Assembly: GCA_020137815.1 (NCBI GenBank)
Contig: CM035355.1
Span: forward strand, 2,666,001-2,730,000
Length of the DNA stretch: 64,000 nt
Direction: 5' to 3'
From: Hormiphora californensis
Lineage: Eukaryota > Animalia > Ctenophora
Below are positions 13,032 to 26,844 of this stretch, piece by piece. Position 1 is the stretch's first letter, and each line of letters begins with the position of its first letter. The translations under genes and the position numbers were made by a program. The notes beneath the pieces are model-generated. The model made no database searches, was not told the origin of the DNA, and saw only the letters and a list, made by a program, of their open reading frames with translations.

Positions 13032-15036
13032 ATGCATTTGTTACTCCTTGTTTTCGCCCTGCAGCAAGTACTAGGAGAGAGCAAGAACCATGTTGTCAGT
13101 CTAAACTACGGTTAGTTGCATGGACGGACCCACACCCTGTCAGGCCAATGCTCTGACCACGGTTCTCACGGGGGAATATAGGGTTAGCCCAATGGTCTGA
13201 CAGGTCTCACCCAGTTTACCAGAGCATTGGCCTGAACCTATTCTAATTTCTCATCGCGCAAGAACAGTGGTCAGAGCATTGGCCTGACAGATTTTACCCT
13301 CTAACAGAAACCACTAACCAGAGACCTCTATCACGATGAGTGTCACACAGTACGCTGATGAACACTTCTGCATTCCTATTTCTCTCTTTGCTCCTTTTCC
13401 ACATTCTGGCGTTCCTATAACTCTACTTTACCCCACTCCCTCCAGCTAACACTTTATCCCAGGAACTCTGTACTGTAGACAGTGTATTGAATCCCACTAC
13501 CGAGATGTCACCCAATTCTCTAGCTCCTATGGTCTCCTCCTATCTGATTGCCCTACCCTGGCATGCTCCCCACATCACGATCTCTGCAGGGAGACCCGGT
13601 ACACAATCCTGGGAGCTCGGCATGTTCTTTATACTTGTGGATCTAGCACAGCCACATCGGGTTAGTAATGTGTTGTCCCGTGCGACACAGTTAGAACACG
13701 TTAGGGATGCAGGAACTGGAATGTTTGCAAGTATCTGTTCCGATAACCGTTGACTGACAATTCGAACTGATACGGAATACAAGTGTCAAGTTCATTCGAG
13801 ATTCATCAACGGTAAATCTTGAATGACCTTGTACCATGTAGATGTATACATATATGTACAACAACAAAGCGCAGTCACACATAAGCCAAAACAAGAGATT
13901 GTTAAATGTCAAGAACAGACATGTGCTAATTGTTAACTTTTCTCTGACGGGCCGCGACCCTTTATCTTTTACATTTCCCGTGCTGTTCCTAACACTCACT
14001 AACATTTCCCTTACCTTTCATAATTCGTATACCTCACTAACATGAGAGGGTATCATACACAATGAGCCCCCACTCCCTCTAAATATTCACAAAAATAAAG
14101 AAACTATATTCTGACAATGCCCCCTCCCACAGAAGAGATATGTGAGTCAGTGGAGAGTTATATTAGTCTAACGAAGGGGACCTGTCAGAGCCAGGTTGTG
14201 GATGGTATGATGTATGTTACCCCTGCTGCCCTACATGGTAACTACGAACCAACCAAGAGCCAGTCAACTCCACCACACCCAGGTTTGTGTTTTCAGAACA
14301 TTGGCTTGAGAGAACCATAGCCATGGTTCTCTCAGGCCAATATGCATTGGCCTGACAGAATTGTTAGAAACAAAACACGAAATCAACTCATTTGACAGAA
14401 CTTTATACCCCACTAATCCAGTATACTACCGAAACTAAACCGAGAACTAAATGAGACATATTATAACTATTTAGAGAGTGTGGGATAGTTGGCTGAGTGG
14501 TGAGAAACTCGACTGGTACGTGCTAATCCTTTATATTAGCTCCCTGCAATAAGCTCCTTAATCCCGGAAGTTGACTACGTACTCAGCACTAGCTGTAGAC
14601 TTAGCTTCTAATTCGCCTCCTCCTCAAATCACTTCTATCTTAGTTCAATTTAATGGCCACTCCCACGCTCTATACAGATACATATACATGTTGTAACTCA
14701 CCCCGGCCCCCTCTCTCTCCAGCTGTAACATGTTGTAACCCCCTCTCTCTCCCCATGCGTAACATGTTATAACACCCCAGACCCCTCTCTGTCTACAAGT
14801 TGTAACACCCCCTCTCTCTATCTACAGGTTTTAATTCCCCTTTCTTCCTCTCCGGTGTAACATGTTGTAACCCCCTTTCTTTACCCCCTTTCTCTCCCCC
14901 CCCCCCAGGTGTAACAAGTGGAGATATGGAGGTGAAAGTCAGAGAGACCAACCAGACTACACAAGTCACATCACCCTCTGGCTGCCCCCTGGTAGGGTCT
15001 ACTGTCATACTCCTGATCTTGATAATACTGTTTTAA
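13032..15036 (+). CDS. Secreted, GPI-anchored Ly6/uPAR (three-finger)-like protein (4 exons)
   Basis: Exons 13032-13110, 13463-13660, 14133-14282, 14909-15036, all joined by phase-1 introns. Signal peptide MHLLLLVFALQQVLG; LYCRQC start with 8 Cys in the domain; S/T/P stalk; hydrophobic end SG-CPLVGSTVILLILIILF*. Confidence 0.7.
13137..13290. mobile_element. MITE of a CTGTCAGGCCAATGCTCTGACC-TIR family (fragments also at ~3674-3695, ~14333-14358, ~35972-35994, ~51076-51156)
   Basis: 22-bp inverted termini; the motif recurs across the window. Confidence 0.65.
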
Positions 15037-15127
15037 TCTTTTTACAATTGTAAACAATTTATATTGCTGGTTTCATGGAAATCAAATAGTTATTAAATAA
15101 ATAAATAAATAAATATAATTCAACACA

Positions 15128-16402
15128 TCACTCAAACTTGCCAGTCTTTGCGGCCGTCTCCAGCATCTCTCTCCTCTTTCTCTCCTTCCTCAACTTGGCA
15201 CGTTTGTTTTGGTACCACACAGTAATCGTCCGAACACTCACCCCTAACATATTCGCTAGCTCTTGTTTCCTGCTACCTCGGGCAAAGTCACACTGTGCGA
15301 ATGCTTCCTCCAAAATCCGGAGGTTCTCTCCCCGGAACTCGGTCCTCTTCTTCTCTCGGACACACTGGCTGTTTAGGGTGGGAGGAGCAGATGGTCGGCT
15401 GTTTAGGGTGGGAGGTGGTCGGTAGGAGCTGGGGTAGGTTGGGGTGGGATGGTGAGTAGAGTATATCTGGGCTGGGTAACATTGCTGCTGATATCCAGTT
15501 GTGTATCCTGCAGTATCCGGGATAACGGGTTTGAAAGGAGGGTAACTGAACTGATCTGAAGATAACAAGTGGTGTTTTTGGTCTGGGGAGGGTTCCTGGT
15601 AGGTTGGCTGTTGTTGTTGGTCCTCAACAGAGGAGGGTAGTTGGTAGTATTCCTGGGCTGGGTTGTTGTGATCAGGAGAGGAGGATTGTATAACATGGCC
15701 ATCAATTTGGGATATCAAGCTCTGGAAGGTCTGTCCTGCTGGAGAGGACTGTTGGTAGTTGAGTGCCTGTCCTGGAGAGGATTGTACAACAGAGGGAAGT
15801 TCTGGGGCGGTAACAGAAGGAGATGGAGTTGAGTAGCTCTGTTGCTGTTCTGAAGAGACGTGTCGGTACGTCTCATGGTGATAGTTGTCCTGTGGGGGAG
15901 AAGAGTGCTGGTAAGGAGTCTCCTGATCCACTGGAGAAGAGTGCTGGTAAGGAGTCTCCTCCACTGGAGAAGAGTGCTGGTAAGGAGTCTCCTCCACTGG
16001 AGAAGAGTGCTGGTAAGGAGTCTCCTCCACTGGAGAAGAGTGCTGGTAAGGAGTCTCCTCCACTGGAGAAGAGTGCTGGTAAGGAGTCTCCTCCACTGGA
16101 GAAGAGTGCTGGTAGTTACTCTCCTCCACTGAAGAGGGGTGTAGGTAGACCTGACTGGGCATGTTATATCCAGAGGATGTTGGGGATCCCAGATTGATAA
16201 CGGGACGAGTAGTCTCAACAGGAGAGGAAACTGGAGAGGGATATGTGTTATCTGCACTGTGATATGTAGGAGGAGGAGGAGGGATGAAGGTGGGGAAGAA
16301 GGCTTCACCCTGTTGGTTGTAGGGATCAGGAGCGGTGTCATCATCAGCCATGAAGGTATCATGGTACCACTGCTGAAAGGCTGCACTCTGTTTGTAGTCC
16401 AT
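15128..16402 (-). CDS. Intronless homeobox protein with divergent C-terminal homeodomain
   Basis: 424-aa ORF; KKRTEFRGENLRILEEAF...RKQELANMLGVSVRTITVWYQNKRAKLRK (W48, Q50, N51, R53); P/S/Q/Y-rich N-terminus. Confidence 0.9.
   Translation of the reverse strand: MDYKQSAAFQQWYHDTFMADDDTAPDPYNQQGEAFFPTFIPPPPPTYHSADNTYPSPVSSPVETTRPVINLGSPTSSGYNMPSQVYLHPSSVEESNYQHSSPVEETPYQHSSPVEETPYQHSSPVEETPYQHSSPVEETPYQHSSPVEETPYQHSSPVDQETPYQHSSPPQDNYHHETYRHVSSEQQQSYSTPSPSVTAPELPSVVQSSPGQALNYQQSSPAGQTFQSLISQIDGHVIQSSSPDHNNPAQEYYQLPSSVEDQQQQPTYQEPSPDQKHHLLSSDQFSYPPFKPVIPDTAGYTTGYQQQCYPAQIYSTHHPTPTYPSSYRPPPTLNSRPSAPPTLNSQCVREKKRTEFRGENLRILEEAFAQCDFARGSRKQELANMLGVSVRTITVWYQNKRAKLRKERKRREMLETAAKTGKFE
15899..16131 (-). 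repeat. 33-bp coding minisatellite (~7 copies, YQHSSPVEETP)
   Basis: Near-identical ggagaagagtgctggtaaggagtctcctccact units. Confidence 0.95.
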
Positions 16403-17741
16403 ATTGTATTGATTTGATAGACGGATATCAGTTGGTTTGATGGTTGGATGGATTAGTGTGCACTAAGACGATGTTAACCAACTAACCCATGGCACTATTT
16501 ATACTACCACCTTCCCCAGCGCCATCCGATGGTGTCCCACCGTCATGACGCGGTTACAGTGACGATGGCCGTGACGATTGTGGTGACGATAGGGGGACTT
16601 GAGTATATAAATACTGTCTGGGTTCCACTAACATCACATGTCTCACGTCTCCCTCTCTCACTAACATAACATGTCTCACGTCTCGGTGTGTGGGGGTGGT
16701 GGTGGATAGATGAATCGATGTAATGTGATCTATAGCACTGTAGGTACACATTTGGGTGTGTGACGTGATACGAGAGGAGATGGGACTAGTGAAACGAGAG
16801 ATGGTGCGGTTCTCAGCTATCCGTGGTGGTACAGGGGGTGGATCTAGAGAGGGGAAATAAGAGAATGAACTTTAGTAAACACACCTTCCTAACCAGTATA
16901 GACGATATAAACACACCTTTTCCTAGCTTTCTAACCAGAAATATGAGTCTTGGACATTGGAAATCTAAATCAGATGACCCATGGGTGGTGCACCACTCAC
17001 TGGGCCGCGAGAAAAATGCTAAACTTTCACACATTATTTTACGGGAATACGAGATCAACGGGGTCCGTAAGAGACACATAGGTCATAACGTGACACTTGC
17101 CTTGTTAGACCCTGAACCCTCTCTCCCCGAACTAAACAACCCGGCGTCACAGCTGTGGCACACTCCTCCATGTTAGTGTTTGTAGGGCGCGCGGTGTGGA
17201 AAGTAGACCTGTACGCGCGGACCCGCTTCTTCAACCTCTCTGGAGTCTCGCACATGCAGCTTTCTTCCGGGTGAAACTTCAGGTCAAAGCAGCTTTCACT
17301 GAAAGCTGTGGCAAAGGGGACGGCTTGCCTTGATCGACCCTTTTCACTTCGCCCCATTGCAGGAATTCACAATCTGTGGCAAGAAGGGTCAGGGGGGTTG
17401 GTAGTTTCGGGGAATTTTCAATAAAAACAGCATCGTTTCATGCTCTGAAAAGTTATCAAAAGCACTCACAGATTCATCATCTTCACATCATTAACAGATA
17501 ATTACACATGCATTTGCAAAGAATAAATATTTACTTTAACAGAGAAAACAGAGAGAGAAGATATTCAAAAGTTGACACAAAATCCCATCTTTAAACAGCA
17601 GCTTGTCTTTCTCGTAAGATTCTTATTAAAAAACAAAACCCCAGTTGTCATCAATTTGATCTACCAAACCCTCACAACATACAATGTCTCCTTTACCACA
17701 ATTCAGTTTTCAGAACGTGCTCATCACCACTACATAGTCAA

Positions 17742-19632
17742 TTAAATTTCAGACGTTCCCACGGCATCTTCAAAGATGGAGGTCTGTGGCCTGGAGGGTG
17801 GTGCTGTCCCGTTGACCCTCACAATGGATCCTGGCACTACAGTTGGGTTAACAGTAAACACAAAACCTCTGTCATCAGGTTCAAGTGAGCTGAGTGTGTT
17901 GACACTGTAGATACTGTCACACGACGCAACGTTCTCGTATGAATCTCCTGTTTTGTCGGAGGACAGTTCGTCTGTGGCTGTGTCACTGGTAACTAGCTCA
18001 GTTGTCATCTGGGTGTCAGGTGCTTCTTGTGTTTCAGCAGGTGCATTGGTGGACTCTGGAACGGTAACAAATGTCTCGTCAGATATGACTGTCTCCACTA
18101 CTTCAGGCGTGACTGTCTCAGCTTCTGCAGATGTCACTGTCTCCACTACTTCAGCCTCAGGTGTGACTGTCTCCACTACTTCATATGCTGGGGAGGTCTC
18201 TTCTACTTCAGATGTCACTGTCTCAGCTTCTTCAGATATCGCTGTCTCCACTATTTCAGGTGTCACTGGAGAAGTCTCTTCTACAGCAGCAGGTGCCTCG
18301 ATTAGAGTTTCAGTTGACACAACAGTGGTGGTATCTCCTGACTCTAGCTCAGGTTCTGTCTCTGTACCAGTTTGGGTTTCCGGGACTGGTTCAGTGACTA
18401 GTTCAGGGACTGGTTCAGTGACCGTAGTATCGGTATTTGCTTCAGCTCTGTTAGTATGCTCAGGTTTGCTACGTCATTGCTGTTTCTTTCTTCTTCTCTG
18501 TATCCCAGTGCCGTTTCTTCTGCTGGCTCAGTTGCCGTTTCTTCTGCTGGCTCAGTTGCTGTTTCTTCTACTGTTTCAGTTGCTGTTTCTTCTGCTGGAA
18601 CAGTTACTGTTTCTTCAACTGGCTCAGTTGCTGTTTCTTCTGCTGTTTCTTCTACTGTTTCAGTTGCTGTTTCTTCTACTGTTTCAGTTGCTGTTTCTTC
18701 TGCTGGAACAGTTACTGTTTCTTCAACTGGCTCAGTTGCTGTTTCTTCTGCTATTTCTTCTACTGTTTCTGTTTCTGTTTCTTCTACTGTTTCTGCTGCT
18801 GGTTCAGTTACTGTTTCTTCTGCTGCCGCTGTTTCTTCTAGTTCTACTGTTTCAGCCTCTTTGCTAACTGCAGGTTCAGTTGGAATTTCTTCAGTCTGTT
18901 CAGTCTGTTTCTCTGGCACTTCTCCAAAATCTGCCACAAGGTCAACAGAGGGTGCCTGGGCGACCAAGTCAACCTCCTCACATGCCTCACTCGTCACCTC
19001 TGTCAACATTGTCGTGTTTTGCTCCGAGGACGTATCTAGAACTGACGATGTTTCAACTTTTAATCCCAGCGTCTCGAACACAGAAACAACATTCCTCAGG
19101 GCAGCTCCAGCGGTGTTAAGTTTTTCAATTGTCCCCTCCTGTCTCTCAATTACAACCCCTGTTCCTCACACCTCACTCTGTATGTCGCTAGCTCTGCCTC
19201 AAATAGCGCCAGAGCCTCTGTGAGTGAGGCGTTAGTGGAGTTGAGGTTTGCATTGTCCGTGGTAAGAGAGGCTAGCTGGACCTCAGCCAGGGATTGGGAG
19301 TGTTGGAGGGAGAGTTTTTCAGTCTGTAGGGAGTCGATCAGGGATTTTAGTTCCACATTCTCAGCTAGAAGCGATGATAGTTCTGTTTCCTGTTCTTGTG
19401 TCTGAAAATGGGCTTTGTTAGATAATCAATATCAAGATGATCAAATGGTATTAATCTCACAGGCACAGTGTCATCTCACAGTTTCTTATCAATGTCTTAT
19501 CAGTGTCTTACAATGTATCAATGTCTAACCTTCATTGCTTGTTGAACAAGACTTTGTGAGAAGGTTTTCTTATCTTCCTCTGTTTTCGATAGGTGGGCCT
19601 GGAATTCCTTGATCTGTCAGGGGATCATGGGT

Positions 19633-19673
<41 letters not shown>

Positions 19674-22600
19674 ATTGATTGATTGAAATAAATAGGTACG
19701 TGGAACACAAAGTATGGATGCACACACAGAAAGCACAGCGTAAAAACACAGTGAAAACATGTAAAATAGCAGTTCTAGCACACACTAATCAGTCCAACTG
19801 TCCCTTGCGAGACACTGTCAATGTCATAGTTCTTTGAAAACATCAGGTTGGTGGTTCGTAACCATGCCACAAGCTTGGGGGACAGGTGATGACTGGTTGT
19901 AGAGGAGTGCACATGGGGATGTTGCTCCGTGATAGGAAGACTTTGTGCCATATAGCGCATATGGGAAAGAAGATAGGTTAAGGGGAGAATTTAAGGAGGG
20001 AAGAGGCGAGGGAGAGGGGGAACAACTGCTCAATATAGATAATTTGGAAAAGGTGGATTATAGGAGCCAGGTTGAATTATAGCCAGGTTGGATTAAGGGT
20101 AGAGGAACAGGGGGCTGTGGGGATCAATTTCTCAGCAGAGAAGTGTTTAAACATGTCCATATAATATCAGGACCAGAGTTCTGGAGATGAGAGATCAACT
20201 TAAGGCAGCTGATTGAAAGACTGAGGCGAGAAAAAAACAGATGCAGAGTTAAAATATGTTTTGTCTTTCAAAGCTGTGTTCCAAAACCGAGGCCCAGAAA
20301 TGAAATTGTTGTCAAGGTATATGCGCCTACCAGGAGGAGCCAGAGCAAGACACTCATTTCTAGAGGAGAACTTAACAATAGAGGTTGGTCTATGAGATGT
20401 ATTGGTACTGTAGTAATAAAACATTCAGATAGTACAGAGAGTGTATAGAGCAGTACACTGTCAGAGTGCTCAGAGAAAAGTTGGTTTGGTGTGAGGCTTT
20501 GCATACTTATCAAGCTTGGTTGTATGTAGAGAATACGAACAGCATCCTTCTGGAGCTTGAATAAAGGCAGAAGCTTGTTATTGGACGACCCCCAGACACA
20601 CAATGCATATCTAATATTGGACTGTATAAGCGACTCGAAACAGAGCGCCTCATGGATTTAGGGAGACATTCCTGAGTCCGCCTCAGACTCCCTAAAGTAC
20701 AATAAGTCTTATAATAACTTGCTTGATGTGGGGTCCCAGGAAAGCTTACTATCAACTATAACGCCTAAAACTTGACCTGGTCGACACATAAGATATCATC
20801 ACCATTAAACTTGGGGAAGAAGATCTGATTAGAGTTGCTAGCAAAGTACGGAAATGAATGAAATTAGTTTTACCAACATTAAGGTGTAAATATAGAACAG
20901 ACATATTCCTGAAGGTTGGTCAAAAAAGATCAATCATACGTTGGACATCAGCAATGCTATCACCAGATATGAAGATACTTGTATCATCTGCAAAGAGAAC
21001 AAACTTGATGCCTTTCGAACACCTCCCAGAACACACGGTTTTACAAGAACAAATGATATTGGGTAAATCATTCAGGTAAAGAATAAACAGTATGGGACCT
21101 AAAATTGATCCTTGAGGGACACCGTAGATAATAGGGAGAGTAGAAGAAGAGAAATCTGATAAGCGCACGTATTGCATTCTGTTAGTAAGATAGCTGCGAA
21201 ACAGGTCCAGTGGTACACCACGAATGCCATAATGTTCTAACTTGCTCAATAGTATCTCATGATCTATCGTGTCAAACGCTTTTTGCAGATCTAGGAATAG
21301 ACCAACAGTCTGCTGACCCTTATCAATGGAAGAGACAACATGGTGTTATGCCACTATTAAGAGCTTTGGTAGTGGAGCAACCCGTCCTGAATCCAAATTG
21401 ATCCGGGGAAAGAATATCATTCTTATCCAGAAATGACACTAGCCTAACTAGAATACACTTTTCATAGATTTTAGACATTGTAGGCAAAATAGAGATGGGT
21501 CGGTAGTTCGTGATAGTATTACGGTCACCCCCTTTAAGCAAGGGAGTAACACGAGCAACCTTCAGGTCATCAGGAAAAACACCTTCAAGCATGCACGAAT
21601 TAATCAGTGCGGAGATATCACGTGACACGAATAAGCTCACTTTCTTAAGAATGATAGGGGATAGACCAGAAGATTTGTTGGAATCAAATCTTTTAATTAT
21701 ATTGAAAATTTCACTAGGGTCAGTAGGGGATAAAAACAGTGAGTTAGATACTCGGTTCCGAAGAAATTTATTAAAGGTAGATTTGTTACCTGAACCCAGG
21801 TTGGAATACTTAGCGTCGTTAAGGCGCTTGGCTATACCCACAAAATGTTCATTGAACTCACCCGCAGTATCTAACCCAGGATTATCTGGGTAGGTAGGCC
21901 CACCACCCTTACCCCTAATACCATTAATCACTCTCCAACAGGCACGTATGTTATCTTTACATTTGAAAAACTGTAAAGTATAGTAATCATCTCTCGCTTT
22001 GACAAGGAGATCACGAAGTGTAGAACGATAAGCCCTGTAATTCTCTTGATGTTCATATTCATTTACTAGAACCTCTAGATTTACCCACTTTTTATAAAGC
22101 TTATTTTTAGTATCACACGACTTAGCTAGTCCGACTGTAATCCAAGGTTTGTCAGTGCGGTTGCGGGGTGATGTGACCAGCTTAGTTTTAACGAAAGCAG
22201 CTGTGTAAAGCTCATGAAAAGTAGACATATAACAAGAGAAGTCACGGGATCTACAAGACTCACTGTATCTGTCAAGACCATTGGAAACATACGACTTATG
22301 GAAATCAGTAATATCATAATCATTACAATCAGTGTAGGTAACTGTACGGGGGTAATCTCTAACGGTTTCTTGCTGGGGGATAAGTTCTTCACTGTGAACA
22401 TGGGGAGAGAGCATGAAATAGGGGAATGATTAGACATGGAATCATTAAGAACATGAGAAATTGGTTGAGAAGTGTAATCAGGCCCAATAACATTTGTCCA
22501 GATCTGATCAATGAGCGAGAAGAGTATTATAGAGGGGCGGTATACTAATGAGGGGGCAAGGCCATGGGAGCAGAATAACTGAAAGTATTTTGAACCTTCA

Positions 22601-25345
22601 GGAATCCATACGAGCAGATCAGTAAATTTCACCGACTATTACATCACAGTTTGACCTTGGAACTTAATTAAGAACCGCTCCAGACTCTCGAAAAGGCCAT
22701 CATACCATAGTTTGTCGCCCCACCTGTTATGAAAACGATACACCACCACAATATTTCTTTTGACCGCTAGGTAAGGAGAGTTTACCACCATATGATTGAA
22801 AGTTTCAAGGTCATAGCATAACTCATTAGAGATGGTAAACGAAAGATTGTTTTTGGCATAGATGGAGAGGCCAGCACCTTTATTCTTACCAGTATTATTT
22901 GGAAGACAAAAGTGCTTATAATTGGGGAGATTATACCAACTAGTGTTGTCTCGTGAAGTGATGTTAGTTTCAGTAAATAGATAGAAATCGAATTGAGACA
23001 CACCAAATCTACCAACTCTAAATTCTTCAAAATTTGTTTTAAATCCATCTATGTTTAAAGAATAGATAGACAACTGACTAGCATCCGGGAAAGAAGGATT
23101 ATCACGGATATCACACTTATCTAGAGTATTGGACATGATTTCCACAGTTTCGGAAATATCTTCATGAGCAGAGAAAAGAAGAAAAGGGATTAAAACGAGG
23201 GAGGGGAGAAGCGCTATATGGAGACAGGGTCAAATAATAGGTAATAAGGTGAGGGGTAGATAGGGTAGGGGCCAAGTTATGAATACTACACACGATTAAG
23301 GCCGAGATTGCCGACTAGGGGAAGGGGGAAATACCAGAACGAAGTTAAGCAAATGAGATACTAGAGTGAATACCCTAGGAAGAGTCAGATTTTAACTCAG
23401 GTCTGGTAAAACACATAAAACAAAACACTAAACTAGCTAAAAAACATACCCACTAACTAGCCAACTTAATACATAGAGGGAGGGAACAGACGAGGACTAG
23501 GCGAACAGGTTAAAACAGAGAGAGAGAGATAGCCTAGTCCTAGTCTTGGGAGGAGGGGGGAGCGGGGTCTGAATCAGCCAATACGGTACCACCAGCCTGA
23601 AACTGGGATACAAAGTCATCCAGACAAAAGATCTTTCTGAACATAACCTCTCCACTGATCACACGGTCCCTCTGGAGCTGGACAACAATTCCAGAGGAGG
23701 CCGATCGGAAGTGAATGTACCGGATATTAACTGAACCAATCTGATCATTGATAGCTTTTTTAAGGCTACGGAAATGATATTTTAGAGACTGGGATATAGT
23801 AACCTCTCGACGCCGTTTGTTAGCTTTATCATAGTTACTATAATCACTGACTATCTTATCTTTTAGGTTATAATCATAGAATCGAACCGTAACAGATGGA
23901 GGTTTAGTTGCGTCAGACTTATTAGGAGCATTACGGTGACATGCTTGAAGCTGTGATGGTTCAACCTTAACACCTGCACTAGAAATGGTACTACATACCG
24001 AACGCTTTAAATCATCTGGTTTCTCATTTCTCGCATGTTTCAAACCTGACATGACGATGGTTGATCTACGACTATATTGATCAGATTTAGCACATTCTCC
24101 TCAAGTTCAGAGATTCTCTGTCTCTGCTCGTCAAGATTCTTATCCTGCTCACTGATTTTTGAACACAGTAGCGTGAATAATGCTAAAACTGGTGGTGACA
24201 CATTGGAGCTACTCTTAAGATCATCCAGCTTTGGACTGGAGATCCGAGTCACAAACAGGAGAAGCAGGAGAACCAGAAACAGATACATTCTGCATACCCT
24301 TTCTACCACGTGTGTTATTATATGGTGCTGACATTCTGAAGTTACCCAAGTTACCCCTCACAATAGTTAACTATGGATAATTACAGATGGAAAGAAAAAT
24401 ATAATAGGAGATATTTGCACAAGGGAGAGCACGGGTGCTGGGGTACAGGTGCAAGCGGAGCAACAAAAGGTGGACAGAGACAGAGACAGAGAAAGAGCTT
24501 GCAAGTCACGTTGCTTGTCACCAGCAGCTCACAAGAATCTCACATACGCGCATGTGACACGCGCACCAATTTACATCCCACGCTGCGCGAGAGGTCTGCC
24601 AGAACCATCCCGCGCGTTCCATACCTGTTTCTTACACTGGTCCTTCATGACGTTTAGCTGAGTTTGGCACTCCTCCTGATAGGACACAAGTTGTTCCCGG
24701 TGGGCTGCCTCGTCTCAGCTTGGGATAACTCCATCTAAAGAGAGAAGAATGGAGTTGAATTAATTGGGACAGCTTTAAAATACCGATTCTTTCCCGAAGC
24801 ACGACTCGAAAGTGAAAGTAATGTATAGCCATGGTTACTAAGACAAAATACCTGTATAATCTTGTCTTGTAGTATCTTTATCTCTGTCGAATCCACTTGC
24901 TCTGCTAGCTTCTATCCCGCTCTGCTACCTGGGCTTCAAGTTCTGAGATTCGCTCAAACATCATCATGAGTTGTGTGTTGGCTTCCTGGAGTGTGTATTG
25001 GTTATGTGTATAACTAGTGGGTGTATTATTATATGCATGTATACTGTAATAAAATATGCAATCGGCTCTTATCTTGTCTCACTTCTCGAATCTATTCCTT
25101 TCTTCCCCCTCCCTCTACTAAACAGGGTGACCCATAAATTATGAATAAGGGGTGCGAGCGGTAGCTCCAAAAGGTGATAGTTGCACAAAAACAAACTACG
25201 GGAACATGCTGTACTCTCTCCCCCGTCTTACTCACCTTAATCATAACTTTACTGGGTGTCCCGCTAGTAGGTTGTGACCCGGAGTTAGAAACCCGTCTCT
25301 GAGGGTCCTTACTGTTGCTGGTACATTGACCTGTTAAGACGGCGC
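17742..25345 (-). CDS. Unknown coiled-coil protein with a long E/T/A/V-rich repetitive tail (start unresolved; several apparent indels)
   Basis: Exons ~25345-25236, 24985-24852, 24734-24625, 19613-19530, 19401-17742 with phase-0 junctions. Heptad-like segments (ELKSLIDSLQTEKLSLQ...) and 8-aa EETATEPA repeats. Single-base shifts near 24905, 24720, 19157 and 18490. Confidence 0.6.
20199..24450 (-). mobile_element. Degenerate CR1/L2-group (Crack-like) LINE in an intron of the coiled-coil gene
   Basis: ORF1 24309-23540 (coiled coil plus ACHR..VTVRF RRM-like region). ORF2 pieces: APE endonuclease (SLNIDG, FTET, SNHSPI) and RT (NYRPISIL, QFGFR, GVPQGSILGP, LFADD). Multiple frameshifts. Confidence 0.9.
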
Positions 25346-25736
25346 CTGGGAGGGAGTTGTTGTAGAGAGTTACCAAGGGGTATATAGTTGGTGTTAAAGG
25401 TTGGGCTGGGATGGGAGTTACTAGAGGTCAATGGAGGGTATATAGCTTAGGGGGTATAGTTGTTTAGGAAGGACTAGGATTAGGGTAGATACTAGATGGG
25501 GGATTTATTGTGGAGAGCGGAGGGGGTGATGGGGGATTCATTGTAGAGAGATATAATACCGGAATGGGATGATAAGGTGGGTTGGTTATCTTGGATGTTG
25601 AAAAGGTTATGGTGATTCATCGGGGGAGGAAACACCAATGGGTCTTGTTACACACTACAAACACGCTGTTTTTGTAAAATAAGTTAAAACCAAATATACA
25701 AAAACACATCACACAAATCATTAGAGGGACAACATC

Positions 25737-26204
25737 TCAATATCCCTCATTACTCCAATGTACTTTATAGTCAGGATATTTAGCTCTGATCAGTCCACAC
25801 GCTACCTCATGGTCTGCCCTACCATACCCAACACTATAACCATACACAAATATCTCTTTGTTCGTAGGGTCGTGTTTTATTCTTCCTCCGCCCCGACACT
25901 CTGTGTCCAGACCCTTGCCACTCGCTTCTGATAGTGTACTCTGGGGGAGAGGAATAGAAGTTACAGTGGTGTTACAGGAAAATAAACAGTACATAGTAGC
26001 ATTATTATCACAGGTATAATCTTGATGATCTAATAAATCAACATTATCTCGTCAACTAGCAACGTCACGCACCTGGTATATATCATCATGATATTCGCCC
26101 CAAGCGTGGCCCCTGACCAACCAGTCAGTACCCCCATCCTCCCTGTACAGTGCAATCAGCACATACTTGAACACCCCACTCTCGTCGATATCTACAGGTT
26201 CCAT
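25737..26204 (-). CDS. PHPT1: 14-kDa phosphohistidine phosphatase (Janus/Ocnus family)
   Basis: Exons 26204-26073 ([17 protein letters not shown]...[15 protein letters not shown]) and 25940-25737 (ECRGGGRI...[13 protein letters not shown]...[13 protein letters not shown]). Confidence 0.92.
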
Positions 26205-26770
26205 GTCACTGGAGGGAGGGAACACGAGTTGTGTGTGATTATTGGGAGTGGGGAATTGGAGAGAGGGAACACGAGTTGCGTGTTATGGGAAATGGGGAAC
26301 TGGAGAGAGGGAATACGAGTTAAGTTGTGTGATTATTATATTGAGAGTGGGGAACCACTAGTTGTGTGATTATATTGAGAGTGGTTCAGGAGTTGTGTGA
26401 TTATATTGAGAGTGGTTCAGGAGTGAGAGGAAGTGTTCGTGGAAAGTTGGGAACAGGTTCAATGGAAGTGAGAGGTAGTTAGCCGTGTGTTGATTGGAAG
26501 TGGGAACTGGGAGTAAGGGGAAGGCAGGAACACGGGCTGTATAAATGACTGTAGTGGGGAACTGGAGTTGGAAGGAGGTAGATATAGAGAGGGTTATACA
26601 AACAAGAGGGGGTGATGATATGTGAAGGGTTTATATTGCTGTTAGTTATGTAATCTTATCCAGGGTATATTTACATTTCCTTCCGATACTGTTTTGTCTA
26701 TCTCTGTATGTACCTATGCGTGTTAGAGGGGTAGCAGATGTGGTTGTGCAATTATGCAACTAAAAAAATT

Positions 26771-26844
<74 letters not shown>

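Noticed and set aside
14480-14520. Pol III A-box-like TGGCTGAGTGG suggesting a tRNA/SINE
   Set aside because: No B-box or cloverleaf
16813-17357. Overlapping 88-117 aa ORFs between the homeobox and coiled-coil genes
   Set aside because: No recognisable motif or consistent splice structure; could be a decayed element
17953-19223. Long plus-strand S/V/L-rich ORFs (304 and 255 aa)
   Set aside because: Antisense shadows of the repetitive E/T-rich minus-strand exon
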